Source: Patescibacteria group bacterium (GTDB taxonomy: Bacteria > Patescibacteriota > Microgenomatia > UBA8517). Taken from it: a stretch of DNA of 64,000 bases. How positions within the stretch are numbered: position 1 is the first letter of the stretch; each line of letters begins with the position of its first letter. The translations under genes were made by a program, and so were the position numbers. The stretch is from positions 10,752-74,751 of the forward strand of contig JAHJHG010000006.1 of assembly GCA_018823885.1 (NCBI GenBank), in the 5' to 3' direction. The notes under the pieces were generated by a model that was not told the origin of the DNA, ran no database searches, and saw only the letters and a list, made by a program, of their open reading frames with translations. Positions 27,514 through 40,189 of this stretch are shown here, one piece after another.

Positions 27514-27624
27514 ACTCTCATCTTAACAAACAACTAAAATTAGTTATTTACTAAGGTGAAACGGCAGCGCTTTGAAATTCTCTATGGTAGAGAACCAAGG
27601 CGCTGCCAGATCGAAACATACAGA

Positions 27625-28443
27625 TTAGTTGCTTTCGAGAAGCTTCCAGTTGTCCAAATCGCCTGCTTTGACTTCAAACTTCTGATAGAAGTGACTGTCA
27701 ACATCAAACAGGACAACGTGAACAGTGGTGCAACCAGTTGCTCCGCAGTTGGTTCCACCCGTAGTGGTGCTGGTAACCAATTGCTCGCGAAACCAGTCCT
27801 TGGATACATATGCCCCAGGAGGCATGATGGACCAAGTGGCGTGACCAGGAACGAATTCCACCACCATTGCGGTCATGTTGAGATCAGAATCAACGATCGT
27901 ATCGTCAATCCGCCCGCGAATAAGGACCAAATAATTCAATCCTTTTGCGCCGGGCAAAACCAAGGAAACGCCGTCAACCGTGATTATTCCCTTGCCAAGG
28001 CTAAAGGGAGTAAATCCTCCTTCAGGGACATTAGCAAAATGCTCTGCCTCAACAGAAGGAATTACCCAAGTAGCCGCATCATCCAAGATGGCACCGGGTT
28101 CCGCGATCAACCAGGAACTTTCCTCGTTGAAAACATCGATTGTTTGAACCGGAGTTTGGAAGAGCTCTCCTGCAGGCATTCCGCCAGCAATGAGAGCAAA
28201 CTCAACTGGATCACTTTTTACTATCTCTTCTTTCTCTTCTTCGGCTGGAACTGGTGTTACTGGCGGTAAGGTCGCGGCTTTGAGCTCCTCTGCTAGCTCA
28301 GCAATCGTCGATTTTTTATCTTCGATTTCCGCTTCGATTTCCGCTATTTCGGAAAAAAGGATCACGGCCCAAACAAGCAACACAGTAATTAAAAGAATAC
28401 CAAGAGCCACTCCAATCCACCCAAAAAACTTTTTCCAATTCAT
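27625..28443 (-). CDS. Membrane-anchored hypothetical protein (TM, coiled coil, acidic domain)
   Basis: Strong SD GGGAGGTG; GC visibly above neighbours; flanked by a perfect 13-bp inverted repeat. Confidence 0.75.
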   Translation of the reverse strand: MNWKKFFGWIGVALGILLITVLLVWAVILFSEIAEIEAEIEDKKSTIAELAEELKAATLPPVTPVPAEEEKEEIVKSDPVEFALIAGGMPAGELFQTPVQTIDVFNEESSWLIAEPGAILDDAATWVIPSVEAEHFANVPEGGFTPFSLGKGIITVDGVSLVLPGAKGLNYLVLIRGRIDDTIVDSDLNMTAMVVEFVPGHATWSIMPPGAYVSKDWFREQLVTSTTTGGTNCGATGCTTVHVVLFDVDSHFYQKFEVKAGDLDNWKLLESN

Positions 28444-28689
28444 TTTGCACCTCCCGTGCTTGTATTTAATTGCGGATAGAATTTGCTTAACAGTCTTTTT
28501 AAAGACTGGATTTTCTGTATGTTTCGTTAATGTGCCTCCTAAAAACCTCCGAAAAAGCGCGAAAAAAATATTTGACAGGCCTTTTCTTTGGTCTAGGAAA
28601 CGTTTTTGCTTTTAATTTCTTAAAGGCAAAGGAGAAGAAATAATATGGGTTTTTTGATTATTTACTCTCCTCTACCTCCATGGAAGTGT

Positions 28690-28941
28690 TTATCTATTAA
28701 CCTGCGCCTTCTTTGCAAATTTTTTAGAAAGATACAGAAGTGATCCTGAAGCTAAAAGAAACCCTGTGCCTAAAATAGCAGGATTAATATCACCCAAGTC
28801 AGTATCTACCGGCTCATGAGTTTCTGCCCCGCAAACCACTCCGCCACCATACACAGTGACACAATTTTCCTGCGCCAGAACTGCTTTTGGCAGAGAAAAT
28901 AAAACAGCGGTAATTACTAAAGATAAAAATAGTTTTTTCAT
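28690..28941 (-). CDS. Tiny secreted protein with sortase-type sorting signal
   Basis: MKKLFL...AVLA signal, QENCVTVYGGGVVC, EPVDTD, hydrophobic segment, KKFAKK tail; adjacent to a sortase. Confidence 0.7.
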   Translation of the reverse strand: MKKLFLSLVITAVLFSLPKAVLAQENCVTVYGGGVVCGAETHEPVDTDLGDINPAILGTGFLLASGSLLYLSKKFAKKAQVNR

Positions 28942-28954
28942 ACGATTAGGTGGC

Positions 28955-28983
28955 ATTATATGTAATATAGGATGAGATGTCAA
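28955..28983 (-). promoter_or_regulatory. Perfect consensus sigma70 promoter
   Basis: TTGACA-N17-TATAAT, 13 nt upstream of ATG 28941. Confidence 0.85.
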
Positions 28984-29001
28984 GGCTGTAGGATTTATTA
29001 A

Positions 29002-29727
29002 CTAAATCTCTAAAAGTCTGGCATATTTATAGATCCTAATAGGCGAACTTAAGGTCTCACAGGTATATAAAATCAAGTCTGCAGAGTAATCAGATATTTC
29101 TTCAGCTTCCTCCGTCGCATAGACTTCATAAACATACTTTCTTTGACGCCAAATAATTTCTACTATATCCCCTTCTTTAAGTTTAGGTAGATTAAAAAAT
29201 GAATTTTCCCGCCTAAAAATATTATTCCAAGCCAAATACCCAAATCTGTGAGCAGCCATTATCGTCGGTTTATTTCTGGTATATGGAGTGCCGAAATCAG
29301 AAACTCTCCAAATTCCTTTTTTCAAAGCCTTCTCATAATATTCAAGAGTTGATTCTTGAATTTCCGAATTTACACCAATCGAAGAGATCCTGATTGTATT
29401 TTCAAGAGGCAAAGATGCATCAAACCTTGGCTGATAACCAATATTGCTCACGGTGTTCATCAATCCATTAACTTCATTTGCCTCCGTTTTCGCGAATATT
29501 TTGGAAGCAAACGCAACACCCTGAGTCTTTGTTGCATGCCAGATAGATGGAGCGAAAGAAATAAATAACAATATTGTCCCAATTACAGCTGTTGTTTTTG
29601 CCGCCTTAATCAATAATTCAGAAATCTTTAATGAAAAGCTGTTTGTATCAACAGGTTTTTGCCAAACAAAAATATCACCCGCTGTAGAGGCGCCTTTGTA
29701 CGTGTGAATAAAGACAGTATTTTCCAT
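29002..29727 (-). CDS. Sortase
   Basis: N-terminal TM; AAHR, F.NLPKLKEGD, LILYTC...R catalytic His/Cys/Arg. Confidence 0.9.
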   Translation of the reverse strand: MENTVFIHTYKGASTAGDIFVWQKPVDTNSFSLKISELLIKAAKTTAVIGTILLFISFAPSIWHATKTQGVAFASKIFAKTEANEVNGLMNTVSNIGYQPRFDASLPLENTIRISSIGVNSEIQESTLEYYEKALKKGIWRVSDFGTPYTRNKPTIMAAHRFGYLAWNNIFRRENSFFNLPKLKEGDIVEIIWRQRKYVYEVYATEEAEEISDYSADLILYTCETLSSPIRIYKYARLLEI

Positions 29728-29744
29728 ATATAAATTCAAAATCT

Positions 29745-29836
29745 GAAGCCGAAAATAGGTTCAAAAACCTAAATCGGCCCCACAAGGAGCGGGTAGTAAG
29801 CCTGCCCTACGTACCACCCGCCCCCTCTGGAGCCGA
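29745..29836 (-). promoter_or_regulatory. Structured sortase leader with mutually exclusive hairpins
   Basis: About 25-bp hairpin at 29774-29836 whose mismatches are mostly G:U on the minus strand; its 3' strand can instead pair with 29745-29752. Confidence 0.55.
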
Positions 29837-29886
29837 ACACTAAACGGGTCTTGACAAGACCCTCATTTTAATTTTAGTCTGTTCTT

Positions 29887-30027
29887 GGATTTATCTTGAT
29901 TCCTGTCCTCAAGACAAACTGCACTTGTCTTGCCCAAGGTAAATCTGAACGAAGGGCATCTCTATTTGTGGCAAACCTGCAAGTTCTCACGAATTGGCAG
30001 GGCCAACGGTGGAGATGCTCTTTTTTT
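29887..30027 (+). ncRNA. Candidate small RNA (two long hairpins, U7 terminator)
   Basis: TTGACA(29851)-N18-TAGTCT promoter; stems GGATTTATCTTG/CAAGGTAAATCT, CAAGACAA/TTGTCTTG and GGGCATCTCTATT/GGTGGAGATGCTC with plus-strand G:U pairs; ends TTTTTTT. Confidence 0.55.
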
Positions 30028-30029
30028 GG

Positions 30030-30075
30030 TTAAAGAACTGTGAATAGTTTACATCGATATTATTCATTTTGTCAA
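30030..30075 (-). promoter_or_regulatory. Promoter followed by boxA-like element
   Basis: TTGACA-N18-TAAACT then GTTCTTTAAC, facing the sortase gene. Confidence 0.5.
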
Positions 30076-30202
30076 ATCCTATAACTAAATGTACCTACTC
30101 CTTGTATCTCCCCCATAGTAACTACTTACATATAATTAGCTTTGTGATTCGGTAATTCTCTGGGAAAAAAATAAAATGTGGAAAACTTGGGGAAATCTTC
30201 TT

Positions 30203-31513
30203 CTACCTCAATAATTTCTTGATCGCCTGGTTTAAAAACTTTGTGTTTCCTTGTGACATTGTAATATTAAAACCTAACCTTCTTGCTTCTCTAAGTCTTC
30301 TTGCTTCCACCGCTACTTCTCGTATCTCCCCCAAAAGCCCAACCTCTCCAATTGCCATAAGTTTATTGGGAAGTGCTTTATCAAAAAAGGCGGATGCCAA
30401 GGACAAACATATTGCCAGATCGACACCGGTATCTTTAACACGAATTCCACTGGTAATATTAACAAAACAATCGTATTCATATAGAGGCAAGCCACAGCGG
30501 CGAGCCAAAACAGCAATTAATAGCTCCAACCTTTTTGAATCAATCCCTTGTGCAATTCTTCTAGGAAAGGCCAGTTTTGTGGGTACAACAAGGCTTTGAA
30601 TTTCAACAATGATCGGTCGAGTTCCTTGCATTACTGAGGAAACAACACTCCCTGCTACGTTTCTTACCCCTTTTGTTAAGAACATTTTCTCTGGATCGGT
30701 CATACTTATTAAACCTTTGTCTTCCATTGAAAATATTCCCACTTCATCCGTCGGGCCAAAACGATTTTTGACAGCACGAAGAAGTCTCAATGCCGTTGTT
30801 TTATCACCTTCAAACCACAACACCGTATCGACTATATGAGCCAGAACCGCAGGTCCAGCCACCACTCCCTCTTTGGTTACATGTCCTACTAAAAAGAGAG
30901 GTACGTTTTTCCCTTTAGCCGCAGATAATAACCTAAAAGCACATTCCCGAACTTGCCCGACAGAGCCTGCGAGCCCTGAAAGATCTTGTGTTGTCGTTGT
31001 TTGAATCGAGTCTATTATCACGCATGATATTTTTTTAACTTCTTTAATCTGAGCCACAATTGCATCCACATCTGTTTCTTCCATTATCTGGATACTTTTC
31101 TTGGTTACCTTTAATCTGTCTGCCCTTAATTTAAGCTGATGAGCAGATTCCTCGCCTGAGACATATAAAGTATCACCAAGCTTATCTGCCAGTTGAAGTA
31201 AAAGTGTTGATTTCCCAATACCGGGTTCTCCCGCTAAAAGACCTACTTGGCCTGAAACCAATCCCCCTCCCAAAACCCTATCCAGTTCAGATATCTTTGT
31301 AGATGTTCTTGGGATTCTTCTAGAAGGAATTGAAGATAAACTAACAGGTTTTTTGCCGCCTCTTGTTTTTCTTGCCCTACTTTCTTCTCTTTCCTTTTCA
31401 ATAATTGTTTCAACCAAGCTTCCCCAGGTCTCACAATTTGGACATTTACCAGCCCACCCAACCTGGGCATAGCCACACTGTTGACAAACATATTGTGAGT
31501 GAGTTTTCGCCAT
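30203..31513 (-). CDS. radA: DNA repair protein RadA/Sms
   Basis: C4 zinc finger, GEPGIGKS, KNRFG, Lon-like C-terminus. Confidence 0.97.
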   Translation of the reverse strand: MAKTHSQYVCQQCGYAQVGWAGKCPNCETWGSLVETIIEKEREESRARKTRGGKKPVSLSSIPSRRIPRTSTKISELDRVLGGGLVSGQVGLLAGEPGIGKSTLLLQLADKLGDTLYVSGEESAHQLKLRADRLKVTKKSIQIMEETDVDAIVAQIKEVKKISCVIIDSIQTTTTQDLSGLAGSVGQVRECAFRLLSAAKGKNVPLFLVGHVTKEGVVAGPAVLAHIVDTVLWFEGDKTTALRLLRAVKNRFGPTDEVGIFSMEDKGLISMTDPEKMFLTKGVRNVAGSVVSSVMQGTRPIIVEIQSLVVPTKLAFPRRIAQGIDSKRLELLIAVLARRCGLPLYEYDCFVNITSGIRVKDTGVDLAICLSLASAFFDKALPNKLMAIGEVGLLGEIREVAVEARRLREARRLGFNITMSQGNTKFLNQAIKKLLR

Positions 31514-31532
31514 TTGGCCAATTATATATTAT

Positions 31533-31889
31533 TCATTCGCCCTCTTCTTCAGGCGCCTGATCATTGAGATATCCCAATCTTTCTCCGACTACCAATTTTC
31601 TCATTTCACTCACTCTATCCGTACCCGCATCTCTCATAATTTTACTTGCACGATTAATAATTTCATTCACCACCTCAATGCTCTGTCCAAGAGCTTGTGC
31701 TCCTTGAAAAACTATTTCATTAGAACTTACTTTTAGATAAATAAGCCTAAGCCTTACAATTCCATCTCTTTCTTTCCGAAGATCATCAATCGCTTCTTCT
31801 CCTTGTTCGGCTAGAAAGGAAGCATAAAAATCTATATTTTCTTCTAGTTCGGGGGCAAATTGTGGTATTTTTCTTTCTGGCCCACTCAT
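31533..31889 (-). CDS. Hypothetical protein
   Basis: 118-aa ORF filling the rpsA-radA gap. Confidence 0.6.
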   Translation of the reverse strand: MSGPERKIPQFAPELEENIDFYASFLAEQGEEAIDDLRKERDGIVRLRLIYLKVSSNEIVFQGAQALGQSIEVVNEIINRASKIMRDAGTDRVSEMRKLVVGERLGYLNDQAPEEEGE

Positions 31890-31906
31890 ATTTTTTAGAC
31901 AGGAGT

Positions 31907-33016
31907 TTACTTGTATCCAGCTGGCTTAGCCGTAAGAACTAAGCCTAAAGAAATTTTTCTAGAACTGGCATCTGTTTCCTCAATATAGCAATTTACTTCT
32001 TGGCCTCTTTCGTATCTTTTGCCTGGGGGAATTTTTGTTAAATGAATTAATCCTTCAATTCCCGGTTCCAATTGCACAAATACGCCAAAATCAGACAATC
32101 TTGCTACTTTGCCTGTTACTTTATTATCTTTCTTATACTTCTTCCCCGCACTCTCCCAAGGATCTTTTTGAGCGTGTTTCATAGACAAAGAAAGTCTTCC
32201 ATTCTTCTTCCCTATCGCCTTAACCTTGACTGCATCTCCCTCTTTTAAAACATCACTCGGTTTATCAACTTTATCCCAGGAAATCTCCGAGATGTGGACC
32301 AAGCCTTCAATTGGAGTCATTTTTTTCTTCGATTCTTCTTTTATTTGAACAAAGCATCCAAAATCCGAGACTGTTGTGACCACTCCGTCATATATTTTCC
32401 CTTCAATTATTTTTTCTAAGGCTTTCTGGGCAAGTTCAATATTTGCGGCTTCTGATACAGCTTTTTCGGAAAGAACCACCTTGTTGGAAGCCCGATTAAG
32501 ATCAATTATTTGTACCTTAAAGCTATTTTCAATTAATACTGATGTATCTTTTGCGGCTTCTTTTCCAATTTGAGAGCCTGGAATAAAACCGCTCATACCC
32601 ATCACATCAACGATTACTCCCGATGGATTCACCGCTTTACCAAGAACAATTATTGGTTTTTTGTCCTTCTTTGCCTTTTCTAGCTTTTTCCAAATAGAGT
32701 TTTGAGCCGCTCTTCTCAAAGAAAGAACCGTATAACCGTCTGGTGTTTCGGTGATAAGAACACTTGCTTCAATTTCATCCCCTATCTCTAAATCTTTAAC
32801 AAAAGATTTAGCTTCCTCGAAAGCTTTTTCAGCCACAACACCTTCTGTTTTTGAACCAATATCAAGGAGAACTTTTTTGCCAGTTATTTCAACTATTTTA
32901 CCTGTTACTCTTTGGCCAACAGATAAGCCTTTAGGTTCTCCACCATAGGCAGCCAGGAGCTCTTCCATGCTCTTTATCTCAGAGGTCTTTTTTGAAGTTT
33001 TTTTCTTTGCTACCAC
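31907..33016 (-). CDS. rpsA: 30S ribosomal protein S1 (four S1 domains)
   Basis: Repeated S1 motifs (DFGCFV...EGLVHISEISW; DFGVFVQLEPGIEGLIH). Confidence 0.92.
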   Translation of the reverse strand: MVAKKKTSKKTSEIKSMEELLAAYGGEPKGLSVGQRVTGKIVEITGKKVLLDIGSKTEGVVAEKAFEEAKSFVKDLEIGDEIEASVLITETPDGYTVLSLRRAAQNSIWKKLEKAKKDKKPIIVLGKAVNPSGVIVDVMGMSGFIPGSQIGKEAAKDTSVLIENSFKVQIIDLNRASNKVVLSEKAVSEAANIELAQKALEKIIEGKIYDGVVTTVSDFGCFVQIKEESKKKMTPIEGLVHISEISWDKVDKPSDVLKEGDAVKVKAIGKKNGRLSLSMKHAQKDPWESAGKKYKKDNKVTGKVARLSDFGVFVQLEPGIEGLIHLTKIPPGKRYERGQEVNCYIEETDASSRKISLGLVLTAKPAGYK

Positions 33017-33090
33017 TTACCATACCACCTTTCTTTTTAGTACAAAGGCATTATACAGCATACTAGCCTCAAATTCAATCCACAAAAAAA

Positions 33091-33208
33091 GCCCAGCAAT
33101 GAACTATTTTCGCATAGAGTTGCCCCTATACTATCGTCGCCGCTGGTGTGTTTTACTTTCCTGTTCGGAATGGGAAGGAGTAGGACCACACCGCTAAAAT
33201 TACTAGGC
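33091..33208 (-). rRNA. rrf: 5S rRNA
   Basis: Complementary ends; CCCATTCCGAAC motif; downstream of 23S. Confidence 0.92.
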
Positions 33209-33286
33209 TATTTTTATGGTTAATAGATTTTCTCTATTAACCACATATGTTAATGTTTTTTGTTCTCTGAAAACTGAAGGGAATGG

Positions 33287-36510
<3,224 letters not shown>

Positions 36511-36538
36511 CTTTCCCTTCAGATGTCAAAGAACAAAG

Positions 36539-36612
36539 TGGACCTGACCGGGCTCGAACCGGTGACCTCTACATTGCAAATGTAGCGCTCTTGCCAGCTG
36601 AGCTACAGGCCC
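36539..36612 (-). tRNA. tRNA-Ala(TGC)
   Basis: GGGCCTG/CAGGTCC, anticodon loop TTTGCAA. Confidence 0.95.
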
Positions 36613-36774
36613 GAAAAATAATAATATTAATTTTTAAACTAAAAAACCGGCCTTGAAGCCGGTTACATAAAAGAAGCGTATAAACTATCTAGCCACTATC
36701 AATGCCCCCAAGGGCTTGTCTTTGGTTAAATGTTGAGCTTCTCATAAAGTAACTTGCCTCAATCGGCAGAGACT

Positions 36775-36803
36775 ATTATATATAGTAAGAAACAAAGAGT
36801 CAA
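36775..36803 (-). promoter_or_regulatory. Dedicated promoter for tRNA-Ala-23S-5S
   Basis: TTGACT-N17-TATAAT; boxA GTTCTTTGACAT at 36523-36534. Confidence 0.8.
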
Positions 36804-36825
36804 CAGAGGAGAAAGTAGAAGTGTG

Positions 36826-36898
36826 TGGGTCCGGATGGGATCGAACCATCGACCTCTTACTTATCAGGTAAGCGCTCTAGCCACTGAGCTACGGACCC
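36826..36898 (-). tRNA. tRNA-Ile(GAT)
   Basis: GGGTCCG/CGGACCC, anticodon loop CTGATAA. Confidence 0.95.
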
Positions 36899-36990
36899 TG
36901 GAGCAACCAATAATTTACCATAAATTAGCCTTAAAAACAAACTATTAATATCTGCTACATTTTCAGAAAGCTACCATATATAATAGTTGT

Positions 36991-39210
36991 ATGACGAACT
37001 TAACAACGCTTCTTTTAAAACTTCCACGAAATACTGAAGTTACACCTGAAGCAGCTCAAACATTCCTCTCTGCATTAACACAAATAAATTCAGTTTCCTC
37101 TTTAAGAAAATTATTAGGCACAAAATCACAAGCCTTAGCTTTGGAAATTGTGCTTTTCGATCAACAAATAAGGTTTCAAATAACTTGCGACCGCGACCTG
37201 GTTCCTTTTCTTAAAACACAAATTCAGTCTAACTATCCCCTTGTCCTAATTGAGCAAACACAAGACCCATTAGTAAATAAAAGGCTTGAAATAAAAAAAC
37301 TCTGTCTTGCTAAGGGAAGTTATTACCCAATTGCAACTTTCGAATCATTTCAAGACATTGACCCTCTCTCCTCTGTTCTTTCTGTTTTATCAAAAGGCAA
37401 TCCTGATGAAGTCGGCCTTGTTCAGTTCGCCTTGGAGGCAACAGGTTCTTCTTGGCAAAGAAAAGGGGCTCTTTATGCAGAAAGAGGTACAAAGAATGAA
37501 GATGGTTCTTATTCCCCAAGATCGGACGCAAACATAATAACTGAGAAAATTTCTTACCCAGGTTTCAAGGTCACAATAAGGCTTGCTGCAAACACGAAAC
37601 AAACCCTTAGAGAACTTATATCTAGCTTTGGAGTATTCACAAGAGCTGATGGAAATAGGCTCTCATCGAAGAAAACTTCACAGCTAAAGAAAAAGTCTGC
37701 TCTAGCTTGCCTTTTACAAAGAAAGGTCGTAGATAACCAAATATTAAACATTCAAGAACTGGCAACTATTTGGCATCTTCCAAGCGATAAGATAAAAACC
37801 ACCTCCATTGCTTGGGGAACGTCTGTTCTTTCAGAGCCCCCCGAAAATTTACCTATCGCAATCGATAAGTCAGAAGATGAAAAAAGGGAAATAAACTACT
37901 TTGCCAAAACTCATTTCAAAAACAAAGAAACAATATTTGGTATTGAGACTCCAGACAGAAGACGCCACATATGGACCTTAGGAAAAACAGGTACCGGTAA
38001 ATCCACTCTAATTGCCAACATGGCCATCGATGATCTCAAGAAAGGTCGTGGTTTAGCCGTTATAGATCCCCATGGAGATCTTATTGAAATACTTCTTGAT
38101 TATATTCCGAAGAACAGAATTAACGATGTCATTTACTTCAATCCCGCAGATAGCCAACCTCCAACAATTAATCCTCTTGAGGTTAGAACTCGTGAGGAAG
38201 CAGAACTGGCTGCTTCCGGTCTTCTTTCAATATTCACAAAAATTTGGGCCAATGTCTGGTCCGCACGGATGGAATATATCTTAAGAAACTCATTCCTCAC
38301 TTTAGCGCAAACTCCTAACTCTACTTTGGCGGATGTTTTGAAACTTCTGGCAAATAGAAAATTCAGAGATCAAATCGTAGAAAAAATTGATGACCCAAAT
38401 CTTGTCCACTTCTGGAAAGAAGAATTCGATAAAATGCCGGAAAGACTTCAAAAGGAGGCTATTTCCCCTATTCAGAATAAGGTAGGCCAATTTGTCCTAT
38501 CACCTATGATTCGCGAAATAATCGGTCAACCAAAAGGTTCTTTTAGAATTGACGAGATCATGGATGGCGGAAAAATATTCCTTGCCAATTTATCACAAGG
38601 AAGAATCGGAGAAGATAATGCTAATTTACTTGGCGCCATGTTGATAACGAAAATCCAACTTGCGGCCATGCATCGAGTCGAGATAAGGGAACAGGAAAGA
38701 CGCGATTTCTATCTCTATGTCGATGAGTTCCAGAATTTTGCCACCACATCATTTATAAAAATCCTCTCAGAAGCCAGAAAATACAGACTTAACTTGATGC
38801 TTGCAAACCAATATATTGCTCAAATTCCCGAAGAGGTTCAAAAAGCAATATTAGGAAATATCGGAACAATGATTAGTTTTACCGCCGGTGCGGAAGACGC
38901 GCAAATTCTTCAAAAAGAGTTTTCAGAAGTCTTTACCGAAAACGACCTTGTCAACCTATCACGCTTCCAAGTGGCCATTAAACTTACTATAGATGGGCAA
39001 TCCAACAGACCCTTCTTAGCTCATACTCTGCCTCTTCCTGTCTCAAGAAACCAGAACAGGCCAAAAGTTATTACGGCCTCAAGGGAAAGATGGTCAAAAA
39101 GAGAAAAACCACAACAAGACCTGGAACAAAAGCCATATACACCTAAACAGAAACCATACACACCCAGACATCGACAATACCCACGTAGGAGCAAGTCCCA
39201 TCAAAGATAA
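36991..39210 (+). CDS. VirD4/TraD/HerA-like ATPase (CPR-type T4SS coupling-like protein)
   Basis: RRRH...GKTGTGKS, IDPHGD, LYVDEFQNF, SEARKY, ANQY. Confidence 0.88.
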   Translation: MTNLTTLLLKLPRNTEVTPEAAQTFLSALTQINSVSSLRKLLGTKSQALALEIVLFDQQIRFQITCDRDLVPFLKTQIQSNYPLVLIEQTQDPLVNKRLEIKKLCLAKGSYYPIATFESFQDIDPLSSVLSVLSKGNPDEVGLVQFALEATGSSWQRKGALYAERGTKNEDGSYSPRSDANIITEKISYPGFKVTIRLAANTKQTLRELISSFGVFTRADGNRLSSKKTSQLKKKSALACLLQRKVVDNQILNIQELATIWHLPSDKIKTTSIAWGTSVLSEPPENLPIAIDKSEDEKREINYFAKTHFKNKETIFGIETPDRRRHIWTLGKTGTGKSTLIANMAIDDLKKGRGLAVIDPHGDLIEILLDYIPKNRINDVIYFNPADSQPPTINPLEVRTREEAELAASGLLSIFTKIWANVWSARMEYILRNSFLTLAQTPNSTLADVLKLLANRKFRDQIVEKIDDPNLVHFWKEEFDKMPERLQKEAISPIQNKVGQFVLSPMIREIIGQPKGSFRIDEIMDGGKIFLANLSQGRIGEDNANLLGAMLITKIQLAAMHRVEIREQERRDFYLYVDEFQNFATTSFIKILSEARKYRLNLMLANQYIAQIPEEVQKAILGNIGTMISFTAGAEDAQILQKEFSEVFTENDLVNLSRFQVAIKLTIDGQSNRPFLAHTLPLPVSRNQNRPKVITASRERWSKREKPQQDLEQKPYTPKQKPYTPRHRQYPRRSKSHQR

Positions 39211-39255
39211 TTATTAACTTTAATAGTGCTTCCTCTCTTGAATAATCCCATAATC

Positions 39256-39480
39256 TTGCAATATTGCGCATATTTGTTATAATTTTCTCAGTCTTTCCCT
39301 TCTGGCCTATCGCAGGTGAGATGTGGGAAAGATGTAAAGTTCTTTAATAACGGGAGAATATAATCTCCTCGGGACGCAATGGGTACTTAAAACCTTTTTT
39401 GAGTATCTTTTGCGTCTCGGGGGCAAAGGGCAGGAGACGTAAAAATCCAACCATTCTTATCAAAAAGGAGAATAGCAACT
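39256..39480 (+). promoter_or_regulatory. rrn-like leader: promoter, hairpin, boxA, stalk strand, long hairpin, SD
   Basis: TTGCAA-N16-(TG)TATAAT; TCTTTCCC/GGGAAAGA; GTTCTTTAA 39339-39347; AACGGGAGAATA complementary to 40144-40155; AAGGAG. Confidence 0.65.
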
Positions 39481-40086
39481 ATGAAGCGTTGGAAAATTGT
39501 AAGTTTGTTGGCTGTTTTCGCTCTTCTGATCACCGCTGTACCAGTATTTGCCATGGCAGAAAACGGAGCTCCATGGACCGGAGATCCAGATCCATATGCC
39601 TGTAACGTCTATCAGGACTGTTTCTACACAGTAACTGTCTGCATCGATGGTACAACCTACGAAGTAGGTATCTACTACGACCCAGCGACTCAAACCGCTG
39701 CGTACATGGAAGCAGACGCCTTAGGCTGGTCGGATATCGTCCTTACAATCGGCGCCTGTCCATATGTATGCGAAGTGAGACCGCTTTACCGAATGGTCAC
39801 TCTGGTTGATAACGACGCACCTGACTGGTATTTGTATGATGGTCGTTGTTACATTATCATGCACGAAGACGGAACTGTCCCCTCAGTTGATCGCCAGGCC
39901 GAAGTTTGTAGTGTTTGCGAGCATCCTGATTTCATCTATGAAGGAGATGGTCCCGCTCTTTACGACTCCTATGTCGGTGTGGATTGCTATGGCAACTACG
40001 TCTATGCAGATCCTCTGTGGGATCCTGAATGGATCAATCTGGATCCTGACAACATCTGTCACGAAGAATCCTGCATTACCAAATAG
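39481..40086 (+). CDS. Secreted acidic Cys/Tyr-rich protein
   Basis: Sec signal ending VFA; GC-richer; C-terminal domain shared with the next gene. Confidence 0.8.
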   Translation: MKRWKIVSLLAVFALLITAVPVFAMAENGAPWTGDPDPYACNVYQDCFYTVTVCIDGTTYEVGIYYDPATQTAAYMEADALGWSDIVLTIGACPYVCEVRPLYRMVTLVDNDAPDWYLYDGRCYIIMHEDGTVPSVDRQAEVCSVCEHPDFIYEGDGPALYDSYVGVDCYGNYVYADPLWDPEWINLDPDNICHEESCITK

Positions 40087-40189
40087 ATCCGAGGAAGGTG
40101 TCTGTACACTACTGCCCAAAAGGCACCTTCCTGCTCTACCCATTATTCTCCCGTTTTAATTTTTTTTAGATACTTCATGAACCTATAAT

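Noticed and set aside
29969-30005. GGCAAACC as a c-di-GMP-I riboswitch
   Set aside because: Lacks the GNRA loop, the GGGACGCAAA segment and the second stem, and there is no downstream gene on that strand.
36991-39210. Conjugative element
   Set aside because: Lone VirD4-like ATPase of a type widespread in CPR chromosomes; no relaxase or VirB genes nearby.
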